Shown piece after piece: positions 12,901 to 26,125 of a stretch of DNA of 64,000 nucleotides. The DNA lies in NCBI GenBank assembly GCA_051362555.1, contig CM120649.1, forward strand, positions 6,386,001-6,450,000, given 5' to 3'. Origin of the DNA: Lingula anatina (lineage: Eukaryota; Animalia; Brachiopoda). Numbering within the stretch: the stretch's first letter is position 1; every line of letters starts with the position of its first letter. The notes beneath the pieces were generated by a model. It saw only the letters and a program-made list of their open reading frames with translations, searched no databases and was not told where the DNA came from. The position numbers and the translations under genes were made by a program.

Positions 12901-14406
12901 ACTGGGGTAGCGCTAGCAATTTTGTATATTTGTTACCAAAATGGTTATAATTTGGCTAAAACATATCAAATCTAGCCCTTTTTCTTTAGCCAATTTGAGT
13001 CAGTTTTAGCATTTGGCTAAATTGGCACGTGCCACAAATTATTCAGTGCAAAGGAGCTACAATCAAGCACATTATAATCTAATCATCTGGGCTCAAAAAA
13101 TCATTGTATACAAGGAAAAATCTTACACAACACAAAACTTACTCTTCTGTAAAACTTACATGACAGGTATATGAAAAAAAAATTGGTCAAGTTTTCATTT
13201 TGATAGAAAATGTTACTGTATCAAATTTGGAAACATTTTTGGACCATCCTGTACTTTTTATTTAAATTCTTTTTGGACCACCCTGTAGTTTCTCTTTAAA
13301 GTCTTTACCAGGGTTGAACTCTTCCTGGTGCTTCTTGAACTGGGTGTAATTAAAGCCCATCCACTTCCTGGTCAAGTTCATTGACTTTCTTGTGTGGGGA
13401 GAACTGAAGAAATCTGGCAGATACTGGAGAAACGGGACGTAGTCGGACCAAACTCCACTGACATTCAAACTCAGCAGTTCATCTATCATCTGCATCTGAT
13501 ACTTAAATTCCGGGTCGTCATACTCATAACTGAAATGATTGAAAAATATGGAATCTGTTAAGTGATGAAAAATATTTAGCTATGGTTTCTAAAATCAAAT
13601 GGTGTAGCTTAACACTCACTTTTCATTCAAAACACATGGTCAAGTAAAAATTTTAGATTATACATTTTAGTATCAGTCCTGTAACCAGAATATATTGTAC
13701 CACACACACTTAAATCTGTTTTAAGTTAATTAATGAGTTGATTACATAAATCTGTTGACATTACTTGATTACTCATATGACAAGTATCTTACCCTTCCCA
13801 TATATTAGTAAATAAACAAATTTAATAAATACTTGTGTGATAATAAATAAATTAATTAATTAATTAACTGACCTCTTTCCAAAAACAATCCCATTAATGA
13901 TGTTGAACATCACCAGCCCAATCATATGTGTGGGGTCCATGGGACCAGATTCCAGCACCCTGTCAATTCTCCCAACAGCAGTGTGGACAAGGTCCTCCAA
14001 TTTATCACCAGAGGCATAATTCCTATAATATGGAAACAGAACATTAACGTGTTGAATCAATAAAGCAGGGTTCACTAATTTAATTTTTTTTATGTAACAC
14101 GTTGAAAAGATGTCACATTACTGGGTCACATATTCCAGCTTTTTCTGTCATGAATGGGAGATATGAATTCCCTGTGCCATTTCTTCTGGGTGTCATTCTT
14201 CATCATTCTTCAGTCAATCGTCACTCATCAGATGTATGTGCAAATGTATTTCTACAGCGAGAATTCGTAGTGATTTATGGCACAGTCTACTTGTTATTCT
14301 ATATACTCAACTACATATACAGACGGACCCTGGGCTCAAACATTTATACTTGTATATATCTGGTAAAGAAATGGAGCACCTGATAATTAATGTATCAATT
14401 ATGAAA

Positions 14407-14446
<40 letters not shown>

Positions 14447-15996
14447 AAAAAGCTGAATTAAAAGGGGAGATGAAAGACAGAATTCTGTAGTGTAATAACT
14501 GACTTACTTGATGGCTTTCAGCGCAAGTTTACGGTGAAGATTCCAAGTTGGGCCTGGTTGCCCAAACAAAATATTCTTGCCACCATCAGAAAACACTTCA
14601 CCTTGAAATAAAATGTATGACAAAATTGTTTAATGATTTTCTTAGACCAATGACATTTATGTGCCCTGGAATGCTTGCATGTGACAGTTACAGGATTGAA
14701 GGGGTGAGGGCATAATTCTAATAAAATCATATGCATTTTTACTTAAATCTTTATCATATGATTTTTTTTTCACTTTTGAAAAGTTCAGCCAGTCAGAAAT
14801 CAAGATGTTTCTGGCTGCATTCATTCAAGATGGAGGTGGAACTGAAAGTTTTCTGTAATTCAATATATTTACTAGTACATGTAACAAAAGTATTCTCATT
14901 CTTCATTCTGTTTCACTGGATGAGGTAGAAACATTCAGAAACATGGCATTTCCATGTACTAAAAACCATATATTCTCACTAAAGTGCATTCAGTAAAATC
15001 AGCTTAATTGTCTGACACACCCCCCTCGAATAAAATAGCTTCTGAGAGCCTAACTTGCACCATAGTCAATTGTCCCCTTGATGGTCGAACAGGTATGTCA
15101 AACAATAAAGCTGCTAACGTTGACTGCTCTTAAGTGAAAATCCAACTAGTATGATGAGTTTGTCTGAACGCCCCCTCAGGTCCAAAACATACCCGAGTAC
15201 ACCTGTGGTCTCCCAGCAAAGATGTCTTTCTGTTTTACATAAGCTTCTTGTATGGCTGGGAAGCTATTTAATGCAACACACTTCATAGGACCTGCATCCG
15301 ATAAATACATATTAACACATTAATTATAATATTCTGTCAATACTACATCTTTTCTCAATCTTACTTTAAAATAAAATGTATAATAAAATTGGCTTTTCAA
15401 ACATTCAAATTGTCATGGGGGCCAAAACATAATAACAATTGTAATCACAATAATGATGATGATGATGGTGATGGTGATGGTGATGATGGTGATTCTTTAA
15501 TCCGCTAATTTAAAATATTTTAAGTACATATTAAATCATTTAGCTCTCCCTTGAATAGAAGAAAACCCATACTGTACCTATCTCAACATAAATGATGTCT
15601 CCATATTGTTTGGACCACTCTGCCAACAACTGGTAAGTGTAAGGGTGTTTCCTTAAATCTATTCAACATATAATGAAAATTTGTCAGTTGACAATTTGTC
15701 TTTAAAGACAAATAAATAAGAAAAAATAAAATAAAAATATATAATTAAAACTTATTAAAATAAGAAAAAATTAAGTACAGTACCATACTAGTACCGGTAT
15801 TATTAATTCACTGAAACATAAAATATCAATAATGAAATTTACCTAGATAATTTCCAATCAGAGGGTAGGGTGTTGGCCCTGGGGGCAACTTGTACTTCTT
15901 CCTCGACACCCAGTTATTAAATAACCACAGCACAAACAGAATTGCCAAGGTCCAAAACGTCCTTGGATCAATGAGGATGCTTAAAAGTGACAACAT
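9904..15996 (-). CDS. Cytochrome P450, clan 2 (CYP17/CYP1-like), 11 coding exons, about 506 aa
   Basis: GT-AG exons 15996-15843, 15658-15578, 15291-15193, 14601-14508, 14022-13873, 13529-13309, 12573-12445, 12047-11943, 11597-11463, 10914-10744, 10085-9904 sum to 1521 nt in frame. Motifs: N-terminal membrane anchor plus PPGP-P-P-IGN hinge, WxxxR (WNLHRK), I-helix AGLETS, K-helix EVLR, PERW, haem motif FSSGRRFCVG. Subfamily assignment is inference. Confidence 0.93.
10483..10670. mobile_element. Degenerate Harbinger-like MITE in CYP intron 10
   Basis: Inverted ends CATTCACAACAG / CTGTTGTGAATG with internal ACTAGTC(C/T)GC subrepeats. Confidence 0.5.
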
Positions 15997-16485
15997 GATT
16001 ACCACAGTATCCTTGTAACATGGACTTCAAGTCAATCTTGGCGTGCAGTTTTTACTCGACGTAATTGTAAGTCTGATTTTTCTTTCTTGGGCCTTAAAAA
16101 AGAAGAAATAAGCATGAAATTACACGAAAGGTCATGGTGACCTTTTGTATCCCCATTTTAAGCCGTCACGTACGTCCTTAAAAACAGATACTCATAATAC
16201 AAAACTGGAACCAAGATCAACACATAATTCCTAAATAAAACAATAAATACACTCACTATCCCTAATTCAAACTTGCTGGCAACGGTACATGATAACAAAA
16301 TACTTCAAAAACCATGACGGAAGGATGTCTGTGGATATATGAAACACTGCAACTTAAACTTATAGTGTTAATAGAATAAGAATTACTCTTCCCCCATCAA
16401 AAGTATTACGTCGAAATCTCGTTCTGCCATTGCTACAACCAAGAAACAAAATACTTTAAATCTTATACAGATACTTATCACTGAC

Positions 16486-16894
16486 CTTGGCGACAGGAAA
16501 TCCCAATGATGAACAGCTGATTTGGGGAGCCAGACGTAAACAGTAGCCGAGTGCTGTTGTAACTTCTTAGGCTGTGAAGTCAGCGGGTCGCTTCTTCAAG
16601 CGCGCTAGTGCTCGAGAACTAGTGCTTTATAGCTAGTGTGCGAGACCTCGTCGGCGCTTTAAGGGTAATCAAGCACGTCACTTATCATTTGTGTATATTA
16701 TTCGTATATAAATCGATCACAATCACCTTTTTGAGGCACTGCACCCTGGCGTAGAGAGTAGTACGTAGTGATTGTTTACTAGGCCGCTTAGATCATTCGA
16801 AAAAAAAAAGAACAGCTTGACCTTGTAAAGTTGCACATGGAGAGCTGAAGAAACTACCGACGCTGAACTTTTTGAAGCAGGAGTCTCATTCAGG
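16486..16894. promoter_or_regulatory. Probable bidirectional promoter between CYP and beta-CA
   Basis: Divergent ATGs about 900 bp apart; locally CpG-rich. Candidate CYP 5'-UTR intron 16485-16093 (gtcagt...ttttaag). Confidence 0.55.
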
Positions 16895-17258
16895 ATGCCG
16901 GGGATCGACAAACTGCTAAAGGGCGTCCTCAAATACAGGAGCACAATTAAGGATGAAATGACCCAACAACTGAAAGAAGTTACGGTTAATCCGCAGGTTG
17001 GGTTTTATTTGCTGTCATTCATATTATTTATGATGACCCCAATGTGTACGCTGCGTGTCCAAATGACATTGAACATGTATTCATAAACATATTGTGGTTG
17101 TTGCTGGTTCAAACAGTCTTTCATTTCATGTAATTCTATGCATGGTTGATCTGAAAATTTTATGAAACAACATTAATTGATGAAGTCTAAAGGAAAGAGC
17201 CCATGCAATGACAATATTAATAATATATGCTTTCAGTGCAGTGCACTTGCAAAGTTTG

Positions 17259-17289
<31 letters not shown>

Positions 17290-18918
17290 TCACACCCAGT
17301 TGTGGGTTCACATGCAGACATAAAGTTAGATTGTAGCCTGATCTGGTTTTCAAAGGAAAATTTATCAGTTATTTTATTTTCTCAACAAATTGTAATAATT
17401 ATTTTTATTGTACATGTAGCATAATAATTCAGTTCAATAATTTTACTCAAAAAAAATTTCCAGCTCCAAAGTGTTAAAGTAATGCAGTATCTTCACTGTT
17501 CATGCAGCTGTATGTGTAAGACTGTATTTGTTCTCCAAAGTATCTCACACTCATATTACAGCCCACCGCTGTAGTCTTCTCCTGCATGGATGCCCGCGTA
17601 CTTCCCACACGCTTCTGCCAGACAGATGTAGGTGATGTGTATTTGGTGCGCAATGCAGGGAACCTTGTCCCCCACAGTAAAGGCTTGGGCTGGCACAACG
17701 CTACCACGGAGCCGGGGGCGCTGGTTCTGGGGTGCCAGATGGGTGATATAAGGCACGTGGTGGTTTGTGGACACTCCGATTGTAAGGTAGGCCCATATAT
17801 GCTACCTGTAAAAGCACAAGTCAAACATACACGTATTTAATTTAATAGATGTGAAATGAAACCAATGTGTCATGTCAAATAAGTTAAGTTTGATCAGTTT
17901 TATATTATCAATTCATCCTGTTGAATTGTGTCCACAGGCCATGAATCTCTTATACTCCATGAGGAATGAGCTAGACCACCATGATGGAGATGCCTTACAG
18001 CTTTGGCTGAGGCGACATGGCTCTTCCTCTGTACAAAAGTTTGAACAATGGGAGAAGATGAAGGGGAGAGAACCCATCACCTTCCAGGCAGAGACACCCA
18101 GGCACAACATAGAGGCACTCATAGATCCCGAGAATAATTTTGGGATTGTAGATAAATTTTCTCAGGTTTGTTATTAATTAAGATGTCATGTTTCAGAGCA
18201 AAGCTAATTTTGAAAAAAAGTTAATATTTTTATTTATTTTCATTTATTCATTTAATTATATTTTGCTGATATTAAAGTTGAATGATGATACATATTTGCA
18301 TTTCATTCTGAAAAAATTCATTGTTTGATTATTTGTGCATGTTTTTACTAAACCAAAATAGATTTGTGCATGTTTTTACTAAACCAAAATAGATGTCAGC
18401 TCCACAAGAAATTTTCTGTTCAGTTACCAGTTATTACATCTTCAGCAATCCCAACCTCACACATAATGAAATTTAGATGACTTTTTATTTCACAGTGATT
18501 CTACCTTACTCATTCTGATTTATTTATGTCTTATTCATTTGTTTGATTGAATATTTAGATATTTAACTAATTATATATTATAATTATTATTATCATATTC
18601 ATATTATTTATATGTATTCATAAATTAATGGATTTGTGTAAGTTTATTTATTTATTTATTTATTTATTTATAGGAATTGTCATTTTTATGTTGCAGATCA
18701 ACACATTAAACCAGCTACAGAACATTGCCAGCTACCCATTCTTGAAGGAGAAGCTTCAGACGGGAAAGGTCAGACTCCATGCTCTGTGGTTTGATATACA
18801 CTCTGGAAATGTCTATATCTTCAGCAAAATGGAGAAAAAATTTGTGGAGATTAATGAAGAAAACTATGGCATGTTGATGGAGGATTCTGTTAAGGATCCT
18901 AAAATTAAACACTATTAA
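16895..18918 (+). CDS. Beta-class carbonic anhydrase (metazoan type), 4 exons, 258 aa
   Basis: Exons 16895-16996, 17562-17786, 17938-18165, 18697-18918 (777 nt, phase-0 GT-AG introns). Zinc-ligand motifs CMDAR (CxDxR) and CGHSDC (HxxC), plus RNAGN and LHALWFDIHSG. Confidence 0.95.
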
Positions 18919-19801
18919 TTACGCGGATGTATGGTTGTTGAGATTGTTAGATAAATCCTTGTAAACTTTGATTTAAAAAAAAAAAAAAAACACTTTTAGC
19001 TTCACACTGCACTGACAACTTAATGATGAATAGAAATATAAGATATTTGTCAAGGTCATAATGTCACATGCCTTTTCTTAAGAAAAGAAGAATTAGCAGA
19101 ATAGATTTATTATTCACTGATTTAATGAAAAAAAAAATTATTCGACTGAGGCAAAACTGCTATTCCCAAATTCTACTTATTGTTCTATTTCACATATAAA
19201 TGCAATGTATTTTCTCTGTGGTATTGAGATTATGCAGTTTTTTCAACAAACTGTTTTTAATATTTTTTTGTTGTTCTACACCTTCAGTCTCATGCATGTT
19301 TTTTTATGTATAAGGCAAGAATATAAAAGTAATGAAAGAGAAAAATAGATATGAAAGATGTTGACGAAATTTTTGCACATGTAGGCCCTTGTGGCAGCTG
19401 CAGACATAACAATGGGTTTGTAGCAAGGAGAGTAAACTGCATTTCTTTTTAAATGGAGCAGTGTTTATATGTTGATGTTAACTTTATGTTCATATGTACA
19501 TGGCTAAGTATAAAATGCTATATCCATTATACTTTACAGAAAAGTGGTTTGATATATTATATTTCAACATTTATAATGATCAATTAACCTGACAAGCAAT
19601 TTTTTGATTGTTTGATGATAAAGTCTTGTTTAAATTATTAAGTCAATAGGCTACAATATCAAAATTTGGTGCACAATTTTTTTATAGGACTCCACATAAT
19701 TTATGATCTATCCCAGTACTGTTGCAGTAGTATATATGGTGTGATATTATTAGTCACTGTAGGAGAGGGTTCAGGAAGGAGATGTAGGCTTTAGAGTAGC
19801 A

Positions 19802-19804
<3 letters not shown>

Positions 19805-19882
<78 letters not shown>
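19805..19882. repeat. (AT)n microsatellite
   Basis: Direct reading. Confidence 0.95.
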
Positions 19883-19884
<2 letters not shown>

Positions 19885-20434
19885 TGTAACAAAAGGCATT
19901 ATTTGTAAAGATTTTGATAAGATTCAGTTGGCATTTGTTGGGTACACAGGTGTTATATATTTTTGGAATGCATTGTTCTTGTTATTATTATTATTATTAT
20001 TATTATCTGCATGCTAACTGCTATTTACACATTTACCATGTTTTGCAATTTTAGCACTTATTTGAATGTATTTCAAAAGTATTATATATTAGTATTGATA
20101 TTTCAAAAAAAATGTGGAAGTACATGATAGAGTGAATTTGGGTTTAATGTTTAGGTGGGGAATTGTTATCAGTGAATAAATGGTAAAAAAAAAAACAGTT
20201 GCTCTTAATTTTCTTTATGCTGGGTTGATGCAGGGAATAATGCATGACGTCATTTAGCATTACATATTACCAAGCGTGTTGATGGCCAAGTTGCATAAAA
20301 GGAAACTTTCTTGAATAAACCCGTGTATAGATTGCGTTAGAGTACCTGCCTGAATTGCGACAGGTGTGCCAGGGATTATGTCTAATGATAGTGGAGTATT
20401 GCATTCACTGCGGGATTAGCATCAAGGCGAGAAA

Positions 20435-21217
20435 ATGGCGTCGGTACAGTCCGTTATCTTCCAAACTTTCGTAGTTTTACTACTTGCAACCCAAGCGTTT
20501 GCAAGAGTCCGTAAGTAATTTTTTATTCTTTTGAGTTGATTTTTTCTTGTAGACATACAAATATTGTAAGTGCTATAGTAAGACCTGCTCAAATTTGAGA
20601 TGCAATCTCCATGCATTTGGTGATTGCGAAATCGCCCCTTCTAAAAATCGGTGCATTTCATAAAGTGCATTTGCAGTCAGTGATATATTTGGCAATACGG
20701 TGAAACAGAGTCAAATGACTATGGAATTTAAATTGTTATTGAGAAGGGTTTAAAACAGTTGTAATTTGGAGTTTGAGGCTAATCACCGTACGTGCTTTAT
20801 GTGGATTTTTGTGTAGTTTGGGAGTAGAAAAAGGACGCAAGGGTTAAATGTGTTGCTGATTTGAGTTACAGATATTCTAGTATAAGTTTATAAGTGAGAA
20901 TCTAAATTGATAAAAATAATTTCTGGGATCACATGTCTGTTTTCTCTCTTCCAGTCCAAAAAATAAATAAAATAAAAATCATTTCTGTTGCACTGAAATT
21001 ACAGCTCAGCAAGGTTCAATTTTATACAAAGTATAAAGATAACTCACATTTCCTAATTTCTTTTTTTTTCCCTCCAGCTGCTCCAGGTTACCTGTCAGTG
21101 GGTGCCAATGCAGGTGTGGCCCTGGCCATAGCCTTGGGATCACTGACCTGTGTTGTGCTGGGCATTCACCTCTGTCACTTCATCTACAAGAGGTCACCAC
21201 ATGCTCAGAAGTCTTAA
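20435..21217 (+). CDS. Unknown 71-aa microprotein with signal peptide and single transmembrane helix, 2 exons
   Basis: AAAATGG start context. Exon 1 20435-20510 ends at gtaagt; exon 2 21078-21217 follows a polypyrimidine tract and cag. Joined in phase 1: MASVQSVIFQTFVVLLLATQAFARVPAPGYLSVGANAGVALAIALGSLTCVVLGIHLCHFIYKRSPHAQKS. Candidate AATAAA at 22664. Confidence 0.72.
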
Positions 21218-22743
21218 TCAAAGCCTCATGGACATTTCTTCTCACACTTATCCATATAACATTCTCTTTTGGATCAAGTGTGGCATTATGGACAGCTTTC
21301 TATTTAGAGGAATTCACTGATGGGAAATTATTCTAGGCTGGCTAGTATGGAGACCATTTGTGGATATAACATTAGAGAAACAGTGAAGCATTTCACCCTG
21401 TACTTAATCATAACTCAATATACCAAATATGCATATGATACATAACATTACTCCGACTATATGCTCTGAATTCAGTCACTTGAACTGCCATATCAAAACT
21501 TATTTCCTTGGAACTACTGAGCTTGGTATATCACATATACAGATAACAGTGGAATAATTTGATGAACCAGCATCGGCTTTCTGAACTGAGTTGGCACCTT
21601 TAGACAGTGTTACAAATCCTATTGGCCCCTTGCACCAGTATTTCATATCATATGATCAGAAGTTGATATACTCACTGTGTATTTTGATGATCCCTACAGG
21701 ATATGTGTGAAAAACATTCTCAACATGGCATTTCTTGTTATCTTGTTTTCTGTTTGTTGAATGAAAGTGTAGCAGTAGAAGTGAAATAATTTCCCGAAAG
21801 GAAAAAAAATTGGCGTGACCGCTTGAACCTGTTTTGGCAGCAGGGTTTGGCGACTTATTAACAACTGTAGACAATGTAATATGCTGTTTGCAGTCTTAAA
21901 TGATGCCAGGTTATTATTATCACTAAATGCTGATCATTTATCTCTTAAAGTTACAAAAATAATTGATTTTTTAGAAAAATGTTAATTACTGTGTGATATT
22001 GTTAATGGATGGTAACTATGTAATTATTGCATTAATTTGTGTACACTTTAATAATTTTTTAAGTAGTTGCGTAATTTGTATCTCTATCACAAGTCCCATC
22101 TGCATGATAGAGAAATTATTTTAGTGACCTTTATGTTTTGTAAAGTGTGTTACAGAAGCATTTATTGGCTAGTTAAAAAAAGATGTAAAATTTTCTGTCT
22201 GTTTTCAGTCCTCAGATTTGATCTTTACAACGTAGTTTGTAAAAGCCATAGGCTTTTTACAAGAAATAACAGCAAGATCAATAAATGTGTAAAAAAATTA
22301 AATGTCTTGTTAGAATTTCATGTTTTGAATGTGTACTTACCCGCCTGTTATGTAGATGAAATATTTGTTTCGTGTTAACTTGAACATGAAAGTATGCTTG
22401 TAGCACCGGTTATTGGTAACTTGGGCAAGGAAATAATTTATGAAATATAGAAACCTGAGTTAGATCTTCTGACACTATTCGATTGTCGTTCGCTAAATTC
22501 GCTGTGCATCTGAGACTGGATTTCGTGTCCCAACATTGCAGATCTCAAACAGAGTTGCTAAAGTCCGGTTGTTCACAATGTGACCAGAAAGTGCCACAAC
22601 TAACACAATGGCATACTTTTATAATCACTGTAATGTTGGCCCAAGCAATGCCTTGGTCCATGGAATAAATAAACTTCACATACAATTGATATGATATACG
22701 AAATATTATACATGGAATTTACCATACAGGCACGGGTCACTTA

Positions 22744-23703
22744 GGCCACACTTTTTTATTTTTATGGATGACATCCTGCGCGCGCACCGATTTTCGTCCG
22801 TTCTCCAAAAAAAAAAATCCCCCCCCCCCTCCCCCCAAGGAGGTCGGTTGTCGCAAACGTCGTTATTGAATTTGCCGGAAAATGCAATCGGCAATCCTCG
22901 GCTAATTCCGCAAGCTCCATACTGTCATTGTCGACTGCGGAGACATCCGAGTAGTTCCAAGTGCGGAAAATGAGCTTTCTGCGCATGTGTATTATCACCA
23001 CATGGAAATATGGCCGCTTTGCCGTCAAATTCATCTCTGGCATTAATTTCAAAATACACGACAATTAAAGTCATAAAGAGAACGGGGGCCGTACGTTTTG
23101 GATTGGTTTGCCATTGATATTGGACATGGAGATATCACCCTTTTACAATTATACGAAAGGCTGGCCGTGACATTCTGTCCAAAGCAGCACATAGGCCTAC
23201 CAGGTTTTTTTTTAGTAGCGAAAAAAGGGTCGACAAGAGCGTCGTGGTATTTGGTGGACTGAAGGCCGGACAGGCCACCCGATAGTTGGCTGCTACGTTT
23301 GAGTCGAAGTAGACAAAATGGCATCGACCAAAATGACCTTTTTTAGATTTGGTAGTACTGTAGGAAGCATAGGCCTATCTTTGCTTCATTTTTTTAACAA
23401 TTCTGTGAAGTGTTAACGTTTACAATGCTTTAATTTTCTGAGAGTACAAATAAAGACACGCTGTTTATTTGATATTTGTTTTATTGATTGCTATACCAAC
23501 AGAATGCATGAAATAACCTTAAATAGATTTGGTAATATGCAGCATATATGTTCATGACTTTTTACCTTTCTACGAAGTAGGCCCTATTCACAATGCTTTA
23601 ATATTTTGAGAGCATGGGTAAAGACATATTGTTAGTTTGATACGTGTTTCTGTGGTAAATTAGTGTTTCCAGCTGTGTACTGAAAACATAACTTTTCTTA
23701 AGC

Positions 23704-23735
<32 letters not shown>

Positions 23736-23800
23736 CGCCCGCTCGCACCGATTTTGGGGTCCCCAGAGGATGTCATCCATAAAAATAAAAAAGCGTGGCC
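22744..23800. mobile_element. Non-autonomous PIF/Harbinger-like element, 34-bp TIR, TTA TSD
   Basis: GGCCACACTTTTTTATTTTTATGGATGACATCC...GGATGTCATCCATAAAAATAAAAAAGCGTGGCC (1 mismatch), flanked by TTA on both sides. Absent at the paralogous site 35834-35839. Confidence 0.9.
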
Positions 23801-25921
23801 TTAGCACCAATACAAAACATTCTACATAATATCCAGCATTCGTTCGTAATTCGCTTGGTAGACGCTTCCTAATGTTATACAAAATTCATACCTGTATATT
23901 TGCGGTTTAAGTACACAAGAAGGTCACTAACTATTTAAGACTCCTATTGACGGTTACATTTCTGGTAAGAAGGCTACGTGTTATGATGTTGCATGTATTT
24001 ATTCAACCAGGATTTTCAGTTCAGCAGATCAAGGCTTGAGGGGAGGCTAAAGAAAAAAGTCATATGTAGGTCGCGAATAGAAAGTGTATAACACGTTCAC
24101 ATTAAACAAATCCCCCGAGGTACTTTTTTTGCCCCAAAGAAAGAATTAAAGAATTCTTAAAATTCCAAAATGAAAGTAGACCTTTCTTCCTTGGATGGCA
24201 TGACGCTGTTCTTAAAATGCGTTTTCTCGGAAACATGACTTCTAAAAAAATTCAGAACGAACCAACGGTTCCTTATTACTACGTAAAGATACATTATTAA
24301 TCAACTCGCGCATGACTGAAAATAAAAAGCCCAATAAACAGGCCATGTAAACCTGATATGTGAGGAGGCGAGAAATGAAAGTACTCAAATATCTATGCCT
24401 TCCAAGAATGCTAAACATCATAATTTATTCCCATTTTCACATATATTTGATCTGTCTCAAAGGTGTGCATACGAATTAATGTTTATTGAATTGTCTTATT
24501 CACTGTTGTCCTTTATTAGAAATCCGCCTGGATTATCCACGACCTGTGTTCCTTCTTTTAAAATTTATCAAAAGTCACTGGTGAAGTTCTAACAATCATA
24601 AATCAAAATTTGCAGAATTTAGTTGGCCGATCCATAATAATAAAGTACATCATTTTTAGCAACCTTTGGGTTGAAACTATGCCTTTTCCTTTTAACGAAA
24701 AATGGCAATATTTAATTAGTTTGCATGGAGAGATCAAAATTATCTATGTGTTAGGATTTTTGAAACGAATCATGAAAAGTCAGGCCTTCCTGAATGGAAT
24801 TTGTCTTTTTTTTCCTTTAAAATTTGCACTGTACGCTCTTGTGTTTTTTACTTTCTTTTGTGTAAATATAATGAATTTATCCAATTTTTGCAACAAACGC
24901 TTATCAAGTTATATCGAGACAGAACGAAATAAGCTCCATTTTTTCTTTTAGGTATTTTCTTTAAAAAAGACATAGAATGCAAGTTAAAGGTACTTTAATT
25001 ACATAAACCTTATAATTAGTGATTCTTTTTTGCCGATGTTTTGTCGGACAGCTGATTTTAATCTTTGTAAGGCCAACACCATCAAAATGTACAGACACAC
25101 ACATGTGGGCATTTGTAGATTCAGTTTTTTTTTTCCTTCAATGTGTTGTATAGGACATAACAGCGCTAGGAAGCAGGTCAGTCCAAAAAAAAAAATGTAA
25201 TGTAAAGGGAACTACTTTCATTTCAATTACCTTACAGTAAGTGATTCCTTTTTGCCGATGTTTTGTCGGACAGCTGATTTTTATCTTCGTAAGACCAACG
25301 CCGTCAAAAAATGTGCAGACACACACATGAAATTCATGTGAGCATTTGTAGATTGAATGTTTTCCTTTGTAAAGATCATTTCAGCGCTGGTAAGCAGGTC
25401 AACTTCTTCATCGTGCAGATTTATTCAACAAAAAATATAATGTAAAGGAAAGATCGGATTTCTTGTCGTTAAACGGCGTCCTTTCTGCGTCCAGCAGTAC
25501 GGCCCCATTTGAAAGTTAAAAAATTTAATACTTTACGTGCTGACAATGAGCATTCATTCTGATACAAAATCAATGCTCGTGCCTCCTTATTAAGACCACA
25601 GCGATGCCAAATTTCATGGTCGCAGAAAGGACGCCGTCCAGTGTAAAAGGGGTATTTATATAAACGACATTAACCAAAACCACAAACGTGACCAGGATGA
25701 CAGTGTGCCAAGCTTGGTGACTCGAGCGCATGAGCTCATTGTGTAGACCTCGGCTCCTTCTAGGTGACACGCATCAGTAGATCAAAGTAGAGCGTAAAGT
25801 GCAATGATGCTTACACCAAGGAGATATAACAGAAGGAGATTACACGCGTGGGGGCGGAGCCCGTTTTACGTCTCTCATTGGTCGGAATGAATAGAACCCA
25901 GAGAACAATCTCTGTTACGGT

Positions 25922-26125
25922 GGTTACGTGTCGATACATCCCCGCACCAATACTTCCCCGCACCGATACTCCCCCACAATTACAGATATAGGCCTACTGA
26001 GGGGGAGTATCGGTGCGGGGATGTACCGGTGCAGGGATGTATCGGTGTGGGGTCGTATGGATGTGCATAATACAAAAAAATTACTAGGGAGGATTATCGG
26101 TGCGGGGGAGTATTGACATGACCCC
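25922..26125. mobile_element. Small foldback element built of CCCCGCACCGATAC subrepeats, 8-bp TSD (MULE/Merlin-like), nested
   Basis: GTTACGGT at 25914-25921 and 26126-26133. Left arm repeats ccccgcaccgatac; right arm repeats its complement gtatcggtgcgggg. Confidence 0.7.

Noticed and set aside
18331-18394. 31-bp tandem duplication in a beta-CA intron
   Set aside because: Ordinary slippage product with no evident function.
16895-18918. Beta-CA as bacterial contamination or recent horizontal transfer
   Set aside because: It has three canonical spliceosomal introns and host-like composition, and beta-CAs are known from invertebrates.
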